DNA from: a virus
Direction: 5' to 3' (one strand)
Length of the DNA stretch: 32,431 bases
Virus record (IMG/VR): IMGVR_UViG_3300035042_000032
Shown: piece after piece, positions 1 to 7,061 of the stretch
Layout: every line of letters starts with the position of its first letter
How positions within the stretch are numbered: the stretch's first letter is position 1
Translations under genes and position numbers: made by a program
Notes under the pieces: generated by a model
The model's input: only the letters and a program-made list of their open reading frames with translations
Database searches by the model: none
Told to the model about the DNA's origin: nothing

Positions 1-127
1 TATCTTGGTCTTGTGCTACAATAAGCCCAAGAACATTAGCCACCTCTTTGGGTTTTTTCATCCCACCACTCATCAGCCTATCATAGGCTTCGGCTTTTTC
101 TTTGAGGGCAGAGATTTCATCACACTG
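1..127. repeat. Terminal direct repeat (copy 1), identical to 32305..32431; the contig closes on itself
   Basis: Both ends compared base by base: 127/127 identical (tatcttggtcttgtgctaca...gatttcatcacactg). Fits an assembler overlap of a circular or terminally redundant molecule. Confidence 0.95.
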
Positions 128-172
128 CTTGGTGATTATCTCTTGGAACTTCTCAACGCTTTGTTTGTCCAT
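1..172 (-). CDS. Hypothetical protein, 5' part of an origin-spanning gene (complete gene on the circle = 128..172 joined to 32150..32431; 108 aa)
   Basis: ATG at 172-170 sits 5 nt after AAGGAGGA. The frame stays open to base 1. Through the 127-bp overlap it is the same frame as ORF 32150..32377 (MDKQSVEKFQEIITKQCDEISALKEKAEAYDRL+MSGGMKKPKE...). Confidence 0.6.
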   Translation of the reverse strand, partial: MDKQSVEKFQEIITKQCDEISALKEKAEAYDRLMSGGMKKPKEVANVLGLIVAQDQD

Positions 173-464
173 CTAAATCCTCCTTGATCCTCTCTATCAG
201 TTCCTTCGCTTCTATCGGGTGTGTTTTTGGATCGAGTAGAACTCTGCTGTTGCACTCCAGACTGCACACGGTAGCCAAATTCAAAGGGTGGTGTATCACG
301 TCCTTTCCGTATTGCTTCAAGTAGCTCTTGCTCTTGGGTATCCTATGTGCCAATTGTAGGTTTCCGAGGTGCAACGGTTTCCCGCACACCTCGCATCTGC
401 AACCACGCTCTACCATCAAGCGGATACGGTTCTCTTGGTAGTCCAAGCGTTCTCGTTCGGTCAA
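153..464 (-). CDS. HNH-family nuclease-like protein (103 aa)
   Basis: Motifs CRCEVCG ... LQLAHRIPKS ... IHHPLNLATVCSLECN give a Cys pair plus H-N-H spacing. TTG start overlaps the ssb stop (translational coupling). Confidence 0.65.
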   Translation of the reverse strand: MTERERLDYQENRIRLMVERGCRCEVCGKPLHLGNLQLAHRIPKSKSYLKQYGKDVIHHPLNLATVCSLECNSRVLLDPKTHPIEAKELIERIKEDLDGQTKR

Positions 465-874
465 AATGGTATCAGCTCCGAGCTATCGTCAACAAAACTC
501 TCCGGTCCACTCTGTTGCTTCGGGTATCGGTTTTCTTCCTTCGGATCGCTCTTGCCACCCATGAGTTGAAGGTGGTTCACAATGATAACGACCTTGCTCC
601 GGTTCTGACCGTCCTTCTCCCAACGCTCTTGTCGGATTTCTCCGGCGATGGAGACCTGTTGCCCTTTGGTGAGGTATTGGTTTACGCTCTGTGCCATCTT
701 GCCAAACATAACACAGTCGTAAAATCCAGCTTCATCTTCCCACTTGTCGTTTTTCTTGACGCTACGATTTGAAGCGATAGAGAATTTGCCTATAGCCATA
801 CCGCTGTTGGTGTAGCTAAGCTCTGCGTCTCGTACCAGACGCCCATTGATTGCTAATACATTCATGTCGTTCAT
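461..874 (-). CDS. ssb: Single-stranded DNA-binding protein
   Basis: OB-fold SSB sequence (MNVLAINGRLVRDAELSYTNSGMAIGKFSIASNR...GEIRQERWEKDGQNRSKV) with an acidic tail ...DDSSELIPF. Start moved to ATG 874 behind AAAGGAG. Confidence 0.92.
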   Translation of the reverse strand: MNDMNVLAINGRLVRDAELSYTNSGMAIGKFSIASNRSVKKNDKWEDEAGFYDCVMFGKMAQSVNQYLTKGQQVSIAGEIRQERWEKDGQNRSKVVIIVNHLQLMGGKSDPKEENRYPKQQSGPESFVDDSSELIPF

Positions 875-958
875 ACAATCTCCTTTACTAAGGTCAGTAA
901 CCATATGAGATAACACCTATCTCAAACTTTAAGTCGTTCATGCTTTCTCCTTTACTAA
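866..958 (-). repeat. Duplicated translation-initiation region: 866..891 and 933..958 are 22/26 identical
   Basis: Minus strand TTAGTAAAGGAGA[ttgt/aagc]ATGAACGAC occurs twice, 67 nt apart. The second copy heads ssb, the first heads a 15-codon uORF. Confidence 0.8.
894..941 (-). CDS. 15-codon upstream ORF (MNDLKFEIGVISYGY) ahead of ssb; possibly only a duplication remnant
   Basis: ATG 941 behind AAAGGAGAAAGC. It stops 20 nt before the ssb ATG. It contains the hairpin GAGATA-ggtgt-TATCTC (plus 907..923). Confidence 0.25.
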   Translation of the reverse strand: MNDLKFEIGVISYGY

Positions 959-986
959 ATTATACCACAGATATGGCATATTGCAA
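959..986 (-). promoter_or_regulatory. Sigma70-like promoter with extended -10, upstream of ssb
   Basis: Minus strand TTGCAA (986-981), 16 nt, TGgTATAAT (-10 at 964-959). Lies in the only gap between ORF 989..1471 and ssb. Confidence 0.55.
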
Positions 987-988
987 GC

Positions 989-1471
989 CTATTCTTCCAT
1001 ACCACGCAAGATTTCTTCCCACTTCCTGGAGTTGATTCCTGCAATGGTTGCTTCTCGTATCACTTCATCGATTGCGTCCTTTCTTTGCTCAACGGTAAAG
1101 TCAGCCCAGCTTTTCGGCACCTCAGCATATCTGCCTTTCACATCATCAAGGCTCTTTACATGGCGCACCTTCCCGTTTTCTATGAAGATGTATTCATCAG
1201 CTCCGGCGGCCCTCAGCTTGAAAGTGTCTCGCATATCATCATAGGATTCGTAACTTGAAAGGCCACTTTTCCAATATTCGCCAAGAAGTGCATGAAAGGC
1301 CCTGTTTTGTGCGTCACTACCGACACGTTCCGGCTCACACATCTTGATAGTTATGTATCCACCATGCTTCTTGTCGGTCTTTGAGAACAGCTCCTTTACC
1401 TTGTCCTTGTGGGATGGTGGGACTATTGCTAATCCCACCTCCTCTTGCTTAACCGTCCACGATACGGTCAT
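989..1471 (-). CDS. Hypothetical protein, tentatively NinB/Orf-like recombination mediator (160 aa)
   Basis: GGAGGA RBS and an ATGA overlap with the upstream gene. SDAQNRAFHALLGEYW resembles the lambda NinB SLDQNRKLWACLGDV motif. Sits in the recombination module. Function call is weak. Confidence 0.5.
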   Translation of the reverse strand: MTVSWTVKQEEVGLAIVPPSHKDKVKELFSKTDKKHGGYITIKMCEPERVGSDAQNRAFHALLGEYWKSGLSSYESYDDMRDTFKLRAAGADEYIFIENGKVRHVKSLDDVKGRYAEVPKSWADFTVEQRKDAIDEVIREATIAGINSRKWEEILRGMEE

Positions 1472-1767
1472 AAGTCCTCCGGATCAAAATAGATTTGTCT
1501 TAGAAACTTCAGCTTTGGTTTAAGGGTTCCCCTTGCCACCCAACTGTGTACCGTCTTGGTCTTTACCCCTTTCATCTCTGCAACCTCTTCCACAGTCAAG
1601 AGTCCTTTTGGAATTTCCATGAAGCGTTTGAGTTCTTCTTGGCTAATCTCAATTTTGTTGTTTGGGGTGCTGTAGGGTCTCGTTACCTTCAACTCTCCGC
1701 TTCGCACGTAATTGTAAATGGTTTTTTCATGGCACCCTACAATCTTTGCCGCATCTGCTACTGTCAT
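1468..1767 (-). CDS. DNA-binding protein with two excisionase/MerR-type helix-turn-helix repeats
   Basis: MTVADAAKIVGCHEKTIYNYVRSGEL... and LLTVEEVAEMKGVKTKTVHSWVARGTL... are two HTH_17-like units. Start set at ATG 1767 (GAAGGAGGAAGC, ATGA overlap). Confidence 0.7.
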   Translation of the reverse strand: MTVADAAKIVGCHEKTIYNYVRSGELKVTRPYSTPNNKIEISQEELKRFMEIPKGLLTVEEVAEMKGVKTKTVHSWVARGTLKPKLKFLRQIYFDPEDL

Positions 1768-2441
1768 GCTTCCTCCTTCATGCCAAATGGTGTTCCGTCT
1801 TCGAATTTGTAATAAGTAAAAGCGTCTATCCAACAAATTCTTTCCCCTTCAACAATGATTCCTTCATCGTAATAACCATCATGCTGAAATATCACATCCC
1901 TCATTTTTAACCACTTCTCACGATATGGCTTGAACTCTTCTGCGTTTTTGAATGGGCGGTAGGATGGTTCCTTGATGACTTCTAGCACTGTGAATGGACA
2001 CCTCCAATTTTCCACATGTACTTCGACAAGAATACAATCATAATAAATACCAGTTACTCGTCCAACTTCCCCTACAATTTTTTTCTTACCAACATTTTCT
2101 GTCTCAAAAATACAGTTTGAATCATCTTCATCTGGTGTAAAATCCCTAATTATTCGTACTTTTGTACCTATACATACCTTGTTCTTCACCACCCATTCTT
2201 TTTGACGTTCCTTGTATGTTGGTTCCGGCTCAGGGTAGAAAAGTAACTCTGCACCATATTTGTCGCTTACAAATCTAGTGGTTACATTTTCCCCACGAAT
2301 GGACAATAGTGTTATCTTTTTATCTTCTTTTCCAAAACTGTATTTCAAGTCGGATAATGTCGAGCCGATCCAGCCCTTCTGTCCGACCTTTGCCTGGTCT
2401 GCTGTTACACTGGTCAAAATCTTGTTCTTGTCAAATTCCAT
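1764..2441 (-). CDS. Hypothetical protein (225 aa)
   Basis: Long ORF, AGGAGGAAGTT RBS, no motif recognised. Confidence 0.8.
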   Translation of the reverse strand: MEFDKNKILTSVTADQAKVGQKGWIGSTLSDLKYSFGKEDKKITLLSIRGENVTTRFVSDKYGAELLFYPEPEPTYKERQKEWVVKNKVCIGTKVRIIRDFTPDEDDSNCIFETENVGKKKIVGEVGRVTGIYYDCILVEVHVENWRCPFTVLEVIKEPSYRPFKNAEEFKPYREKWLKMRDVIFQHDGYYDEGIIVEGERICWIDAFTYYKFEDGTPFGMKEEA

Positions 2442-2450
2442 AACTTCCTC

Positions 2451-3194
2451 CTAAAAATCAGCCTTAGGCTGTTCACCCTTTGCAAGTGCTACAAAGGGAT
2501 TGTTCTTCAATCTGCGGTTTTTTTGCAGATAGTACACCATTACCAAGTGATTGAAACATGCGGTCATTCTGTCAATATCGGTTTCGATGGTCTTGAAAGT
2601 AGGTTCTGCGGTTTCCTTGTCAAGGTGGAGCAAAGCGATATTTTCAAGCCTTTCTTGCCCCTCATGGAGCCCTTCATTGTATGCTTGGAGATATGCACAG
2701 AGCTGGTATTTCATTTCATCGTAGATACCCTTGCTCGTCTTAAAATCCACCAAGTACTTATGCCCATTAATCAGTGCGATTGCGTCAAAGCGTCCCGCAT
2801 ATCCGACATTATCAGAAAACACCTCGCATTCCGTTTCCAACCACTTAACATGGTTCTTCTCTTCCCAGCTCTTGAAGGCCGAGAAAGCGGTTCTTGCTTG
2901 GTCACATTGAAGGAATTGCTCTGGGTCAAGACCATTGATATACGCTTCAATGGCATGGTGTGCTTGCGTTCCGGCCGAAGCTGCATCGTCCCTTTTCTGT
3001 GCGTATGCCTTCCTTGCTTGCTCCAAAACCTGTTCCCCACGATGCACATCCAATGGGTCTTTGATCGCTTCCAAGTTATCTGCTATGAAGTCTACTGCAC
3101 AATTACTAGCCCAACCCAGCAAGGCTGGCTTGTCCAACAATCCTAGAATCGTAGTCACTGAAGGGTATTGCACCCCGTTTCTCTCGTATGCCAT
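2451..3194 (-). CDS. PD-(D/E)XK (RecB/Cas4-like) phage exonuclease
   Basis: YPSVTTILG...GTQAHHAIE...GRFDAIALINGHKYLVDFKTSKG...YQLCAYLQAY gives the D...D/E-x-K plus QxxxY layout. Start at ATG 3194 (AAAGGAGAG; TAATG overlap with the upstream gene). Confidence 0.75.
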   Translation of the reverse strand: MAYERNGVQYPSVTTILGLLDKPALLGWASNCAVDFIADNLEAIKDPLDVHRGEQVLEQARKAYAQKRDDAASAGTQAHHAIEAYINGLDPEQFLQCDQARTAFSAFKSWEEKNHVKWLETECEVFSDNVGYAGRFDAIALINGHKYLVDFKTSKGIYDEMKYQLCAYLQAYNEGLHEGQERLENIALLHLDKETAEPTFKTIETDIDRMTACFNHLVMVYYLQKNRRLKNNPFVALAKGEQPKADF

Positions 3195-3892
3195 TACTTC
3201 TCTCCTTTCATTGCGGTCATGAGGTCTTGCCATCCGGTTGTCTCGCCAATCTCTACGGTCATGGGGACGGTTCCTGTTCGGTCTTTTGAGTCAAAGTTAC
3301 CACCCTGCGTTGGGGTGTAGAGAACACGCTTGTAGTCCTCACCTTCCTTTCTGATCCCCAAGTAAGAGATAACATCAACCATGTTTGGGATTTCATCGGA
3401 GAGCTTGGTTGCTACCTGTATCCTATGTTCGATGGTTTGATCGTTCTGGATTTCACTCACATGCGACACGATAATGACATTCTTCTTGGTGTCACGCAAA
3501 AACTTGATGAAGTTCCGCATCTGCTTTTTGACCTCACCCCATCCTGCCATGGTGAGCCCACCGTCTCCGGTTCTATACTTCGGCCCTTTGATTTCTGGTG
3601 AGTCAATGAGCTTGTCCATGGCCTCGCCAAGAGGGTCAATGACAATGGTGTCGTGGTCTTGCAAGAGATTCAGCAAGTCCTTTTTGTCCCCACTGTTGAG
3701 CCAATGGTCTAATCTGACTACATCGGCACTAATCCCACGTGAACCAAGATATTTCGTACCGTTCTCGAAGTCCAAGATAAGTGGTCGTGGAGCGGTAGCC
3801 GCAAAGGTAGTCTTTCCTGTTCCACCCTTCCCATAAACCAGCATTACCAGATTGTTTTCCGGTATGATTCCGCTTGTGTTCTCTAACGTCAT
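3194..3892 (-). CDS. Sak4-like (AAA_24 / RecA-fold) ssDNA-annealing ATPase
   Basis: Walker A VYGKGGTGKTTFAA, PLILDFENG, Walker B TIVIDPLGE, NVIIVSH. Start at ATG 3892 behind GGGAGGA. Confidence 0.8.
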   Translation of the reverse strand: MTLENTSGIIPENNLVMLVYGKGGTGKTTFAATAPRPLILDFENGTKYLGSRGISADVVRLDHWLNSGDKKDLLNLLQDHDTIVIDPLGEAMDKLIDSPEIKGPKYRTGDGGLTMAGWGEVKKQMRNFIKFLRDTKKNVIIVSHVSEIQNDQTIEHRIQVATKLSDEIPNMVDVISYLGIRKEGEDYKRVLYTPTQGGNFDSKDRTGTVPMTVEIGETTGWQDLMTAMKGEK

Positions 3893-3908
3893 AATGTCCT
3901 CCCTATTC

Positions 3909-4001
3909 CTATTGCGATAACAGCCCCATATAGAGCCAAAGCCCAATGCTGGCGGTGATAATCCAACCAGCCACGAAACTAATTGATTTGATCGCTGTCA
4001 T
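3909..4001 (-). CDS. Small hydrophobic peptide (30 aa), below the ORF-track cutoff
   Basis: ATG 4001 behind AAAGGAGAG. MTAIKSISFVAGWIITASIGLWLYMGLLSQ has one predicted membrane helix and fills the 3893-4018 gap. Confidence 0.4.
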   Translation of the reverse strand: MTAIKSISFVAGWIITASIGLWLYMGLLSQ

Positions 4002-4018
4002 ATGCTCTCCTTTGATAA

Positions 4019-4222
4019 TTAATACGTATGAATATAGATTATTCTACCACCATCCTCAAATGCCTTTTCAAGCATCCCAATTTGTTTTTCCAGATGCAAT
4101 ATATACTCTTCTGGAGTATATTCAACTCTTTTTTCGCAATCAGCTTTATAGTCATTCCAGCTTATTGCCACCTTCAACAAATTACCAGATTCATCATACC
4201 AACACATTTTTGTTTTTGGCAT
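4019..4222 (-). CDS. Hypothetical protein (67 aa)
   Basis: AAAGGAGAATACGAAA RBS, compact spacing. Confidence 0.65.
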   Translation of the reverse strand: MPKTKMCWYDESGNLLKVAISWNDYKADCEKRVEYTPEEYILHLEKQIGMLEKAFEDGGRIIYIHTY

Positions 4223-4248
4223 TTTCGTATTCTCCTTTGATGTGATGC

Positions 4249-4467
4249 TTAGTCTCTGATTGCCAACAGAAAAGCTGGTTCAACACCAAACTCTCTCATG
4301 TGCTTGTTACAAGCCTCTACAATTGATCGGTTAAAATCAACATTAATGCCTTGCTCAAGATTTACTTGTGCGATTCTCGCATTGTAATGCTCTTCAGCAA
4401 ACAATCTCTTAAATTCTGCGTCCTTTCCATTGCTCTTTGGTTTAAGTCCATTTCCGCCTAACATCAT
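4249..4467 (-). CDS. Hypothetical protein (72 aa)
   Basis: AAAAGGAGATTACAACG RBS; first gene after promoter 4529-4501. Confidence 0.65.
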   Translation of the reverse strand: MMLGGNGLKPKSNGKDAEFKRLFAEEHYNARIAQVNLEQGINVDFNRSIVEACNKHMREFGVEPAFLLAIRD

Positions 4468-4500
4468 CGTTGTAATCTCCTTTTCTTTCCTTGATAATTA

Positions 4501-4529
4501 ATACTACACCCTATAGTATTATTTGTCAA
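4501..4529 (-). promoter_or_regulatory. Sigma70-like promoter (TTGACA-17-TAGTAT, GGTG just upstream of the -10)
   Basis: Minus strand TTGACA (4529-4524) aataatactatagGGTG TAGTAT (4506-4501). Intergenic and correctly oriented. Shares ACTAyAGGGTGTA with the promoter at 8418-8390. Confidence 0.6.
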
Positions 4530-4725
4530 ACCCTATTTCACAGATATATACATCTTTTTTGTCTTTTCGTTCGTGGGACATGCAAGCGATACCCAATCTC
4601 TCACAAACCCCTTGCGCTATGCAGTGATTGCAGAGGATTTGCGTAGAGGGTATAGCTGTGCTGTCCTTGATGATTCCATGCTTCCCATTTACTTTTACTT
4701 TGGTTCCTATGTCTAAATCAATCAT
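4519..4725 (-). CDS. Hypothetical Cys-containing protein (68 aa)
   Basis: AAAAAGGAGCAAACA RBS. Confidence 0.65.
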   Translation of the reverse strand: MIDLDIGTKVKVNGKHGIIKDSTAIPSTQILCNHCIAQGVCERLGIACMSHERKDKKDVYICEIGFDK

Positions 4726-4738
4726 TGTTTGCTCCTTT

Positions 4739-5578
4739 TTAGATACCTAGAATATTTTTCGTCTTGACAAAATCACTACGCCCATTCTTCAACCTGTGCT
4801 TTGTCTGTTTTACCTCGATAGGGTGACAACGCTCCAGAATCCTTGAAAAGATACGCTTGTTGGATATGTCCTCGGGATTCTTTATGTCCTCCAGTGATAA
4901 ATTCGTGGTGATAATCATCGGCAGCTTTGCGGTGTATCGTGTATCAACAACCCCATAAATAACCTCTTGCATGTAATCCGTTCTACGCTCCGTTCCCATA
5001 TCATCAATAAGCAATAAGTCATAAGTGTTGAAAGATGTGTAGAACTCCGTCTTGTCAAAGTCCGCAAATGACTTACTTGCTAGGTCTGGAAAAGAAGTGC
5101 CCTTGCACTTATAACCTTGGTCAAGAAGAGCGTTGAGAATGCAGTTGGCAAAGAAGGTCTTTCCACCGTCAACCAATCCATAGAACAACAATCCTCTACC
5201 CTCTCCTAAGAAGGTTTCGAAGTGCTCTACATACTTCTTGCAAGCGTTGCTTATTGTGGGAAGTGAGTTGTCGTCTTTTTCAAATGTGTTTTCAAGAAGT
5301 GAAACATCATTGTAGCAATTCGCCTTGTTCAGCTCTATACGCTCCACAAGCCTTTTCTTCCTATCCGCTTCCTCCTGGTTACACACTTCCTCCGCTTGAC
5401 AGTCACACATACAACCAAAGGTTTTCTCAGTCCCTAGAAATATTTTCTTGAGCTGCTTTGGTGTGTGACATTTCCCACAATACAATATATCATCTTTGAT
5501 ATAATCGCCTTCTTCCCTAGTTGCCTGCAAATTCATGAATACCTGTTCAATTGCTGATTTTGCTTTCAAAATGGACAC
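4739..5578 (-). CDS. DnaC/IstB-like AAA+ helicase loader
   Basis: Walker A GLVDGGKTFF, Walker B LLLIDDMGTE, IITTNL; N-terminal CGKCH...CMCDC. Start uncertain: GTG 5578, TTG 5569 (7 nt after GGGGAG) or ATG 5536. Confidence 0.8.
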   Translation of the reverse strand: MSILKAKSAIEQVFMNLQATREEGDYIKDDILYCGKCHTPKQLKKIFLGTEKTFGCMCDCQAEEVCNQEEADRKKRLVERIELNKANCYNDVSLLENTFEKDDNSLPTISNACKKYVEHFETFLGEGRGLLFYGLVDGGKTFFANCILNALLDQGYKCKGTSFPDLASKSFADFDKTEFYTSFNTYDLLLIDDMGTERRTDYMQEVIYGVVDTRYTAKLPMIITTNLSLEDIKNPEDISNKRIFSRILERCHPIEVKQTKHRLKNGRSDFVKTKNILGI

Positions 5579-6363
5579 TCCCCTTTTTCTTTGAATGGAT
5601 CAAACTCTGTTCCATGCTCGGTGTAATACTTACCGTCCTCTATCCTAAAAACGCCCTTTGCTTGGAGTTCTGGTGATACATCGTTGCCTTTAATCTTTGA
5701 AAATCCTTTCTCGTTGAGATAGCTTTGGAATTTCGTAGCATTGAATAGCGTTGAAGGTCTTAGATACTTTTCCCATTCTGTGCCTTTCCATGTCTTGACC
5801 TTTTTGTCAATGACAGTGAAGAAGTCCTCTTTCGTGAATCCTTCATTTAACCTTTCATTGATGAATCCTTTATGTGCTTTGGTTGCTTTGAATCTTGATG
5901 AAGTCTTTTCATTGAGATAGGAAATTATTTCCTCGGAAACTTCACTATATATATTATCAGTACTTTGTTTATCAGTACTTTGTGAAGAGTTAGTACTTAG
6001 TAGCTGTTGATTGCCCGATTTCGGTTTATCCGAAAGTCGGTTTTCCATAGGGTCGGTTTTCTTTACCGATTCACTGATTGTATAGTCCCATCCAGAGAAT
6101 TTACCACCTTCTCCCTTACACCTTTCTTTTGTGATATATCCAAGTTTTTCAAGCTCTTTGAAAGCTGTATCTATTGCAGTGATACCTTCTGTGAAGTGAT
6201 TGTAAAGCTCTGATTTATAGAGCTTCCAATCATCTGGCAATGTCATGATGTAGGCATATATTCCCTTTGCTCTTGCTGAAACATCTGAGCGTTGGAAAAT
6301 CTCATTTGATACGATTGTGTAGTTGTCAGTTTTGTTTTTGATGCGTTGTATAGTTTGTTGCAT
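5566..6363 (-). CDS. Replication initiator/organiser (winged-helix N-domain plus DnaD-like conserved phage C-terminal domain)
   Basis: RAKGIYAYIMTLPDDW...ELEKLGYI, then IISYLNEKTSSRFKATKAHKGFINERLNEGFTKEDFFTVIDKKVKTWKGTEWEKYLRPSTLF. Start at ATG 6363, 1 nt after the HNH stop. Confidence 0.75.
   Translation of the reverse strand: MQQTIQRIKNKTDNYTIVSNEIFQRSDVSARAKGIYAYIMTLPDDWKLYKSELYNHFTEGITAIDTAFKELEKLGYITKERCKGEGGKFSGWDYTISESVKKTDPMENRLSDKPKSGNQQLLSTNSSQSTDKQSTDNIYSEVSEEIISYLNEKTSSRFKATKAHKGFINERLNEGFTKEDFFTVIDKKVKTWKGTEWEKYLRPSTLFNATKFQSYLNEKGFSKIKGNDVSPELQAKGVFRIEDGKYYTEHGTEFDPFKEKGECPF
5954..5998. repeat. Iteron-like repeats: 2 x 15-bp tandem TTATCAGTACTTTGT (5954-5968, 5969-5983) plus a third AGTACTT core at 5992-5998, next to a tatatatatta run
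   Basis: Read directly. Lies in the Ser/Thr/Gln-rich linker (..SSQSTDKQSTDN..) of the initiator gene. Confidence 0.7.
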
Positions 6364-6364
6364 A

Positions 6365-6901
6365 TTACTTCTCCATTTCTTTCTTGATAAGTTCTCTGAA
6401 CGAATCATTATCAGTATATTTTGCAATATATTTACAAGCAATCTCATACGCTTCATTGGCTTCTTGTTCTGTTTTATAACATCCTAGGAAAATCTTATTT
6501 TTATATATTACAATACGTGATTGCCAATCATTATATCCTTTACGATAGCATGCCCCAACCAATCTACCCGCTCTATGTATTTTCCTATTTTGTTGATTTT
6601 GCCTTCTTGTAACAAGTCTAAGATTTTCAATTCTATTATCTAGCTTATCACCATTTATATGGTCAATTTCCATACCTTGAGGTATATCTTTACCTGTTGA
6701 CAATATCCAGATAATAACATGGTAAGATATATGTATCCCATTAAGCTTTACTCGGCAGTAACCATCAGTGCAATTTTTTTTATTATCAACAACTGTCCAT
6801 TTTCCATTAGGATAATGATAATTAAGTCTTTCCAAATTCCCATTTCTAATCCTAAATACTTTCTTTAATTCATCAACATCAATTGGCTTTCTATTTGGCA
6901 T
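6365..6901 (-). CDS. Free-standing HNH homing endonuclease with AP2-type DNA-binding domain
   Basis: GYCRVKLNGIHISYHVIIW...MEIDHINGDKLDNRIENLRLVTRRQNQQN (HNH_3) plus GYNDWQSRIVIYKNKIFLGCYKTEQEANEAYEIA (AP2). By eye the gene is much more AT-rich than its neighbours. Confidence 0.85.
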   Translation of the reverse strand: MPNRKPIDVDELKKVFRIRNGNLERLNYHYPNGKWTVVDNKKNCTDGYCRVKLNGIHISYHVIIWILSTGKDIPQGMEIDHINGDKLDNRIENLRLVTRRQNQQNRKIHRAGRLVGACYRKGYNDWQSRIVIYKNKIFLGCYKTEQEANEAYEIACKYIAKYTDNDSFRELIKKEMEK

Positions 6902-6908
6902 AAAAAAA

Positions 6909-6994
6909 CTCCCCTATAAGTAGCCCCTGCTTCCGACCATTACAAATGCGAACAGGGTGCATTTTGCTTTGGACAAGGGCTACTTATAAAGGAG
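6909..6994 (-). promoter_or_regulatory. 18-bp stem (two G.U pairs) closing a 50-nt structured loop, followed by U7; it sequesters the HNH-AP2 Shine-Dalgarno and looks like a terminator
   Basis: RNA 5' arm CUCCUUUAUAAGUAGCCC (plus 6994-6977) pairs with GGGCUACUUAUAGGGGAG (plus 6926-6909). GGGGAG is the RBS. UUUUUUU-AUG follows (6908-6899). Inner hairpin AAAUGC/GCAUUU at 6944-6964. Confidence 0.6.
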
Positions 6995-7061
6995 TAACTC
7001 CTGTTCCGTACACCAACGGTGTAGATGGCTTGCTATCGGAAGATTGCTTACCATCTTTAAC

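Noticed and set aside
4012-4504. 14-mer TTGATAATTAATAC repeated at 4012-4025 and 4491-4504
   Set aside because: It is AT-rich and short enough to recur by chance. The second copy is explained as the -10/start region of promoter 4529-4501, while the first has no acceptable -35.
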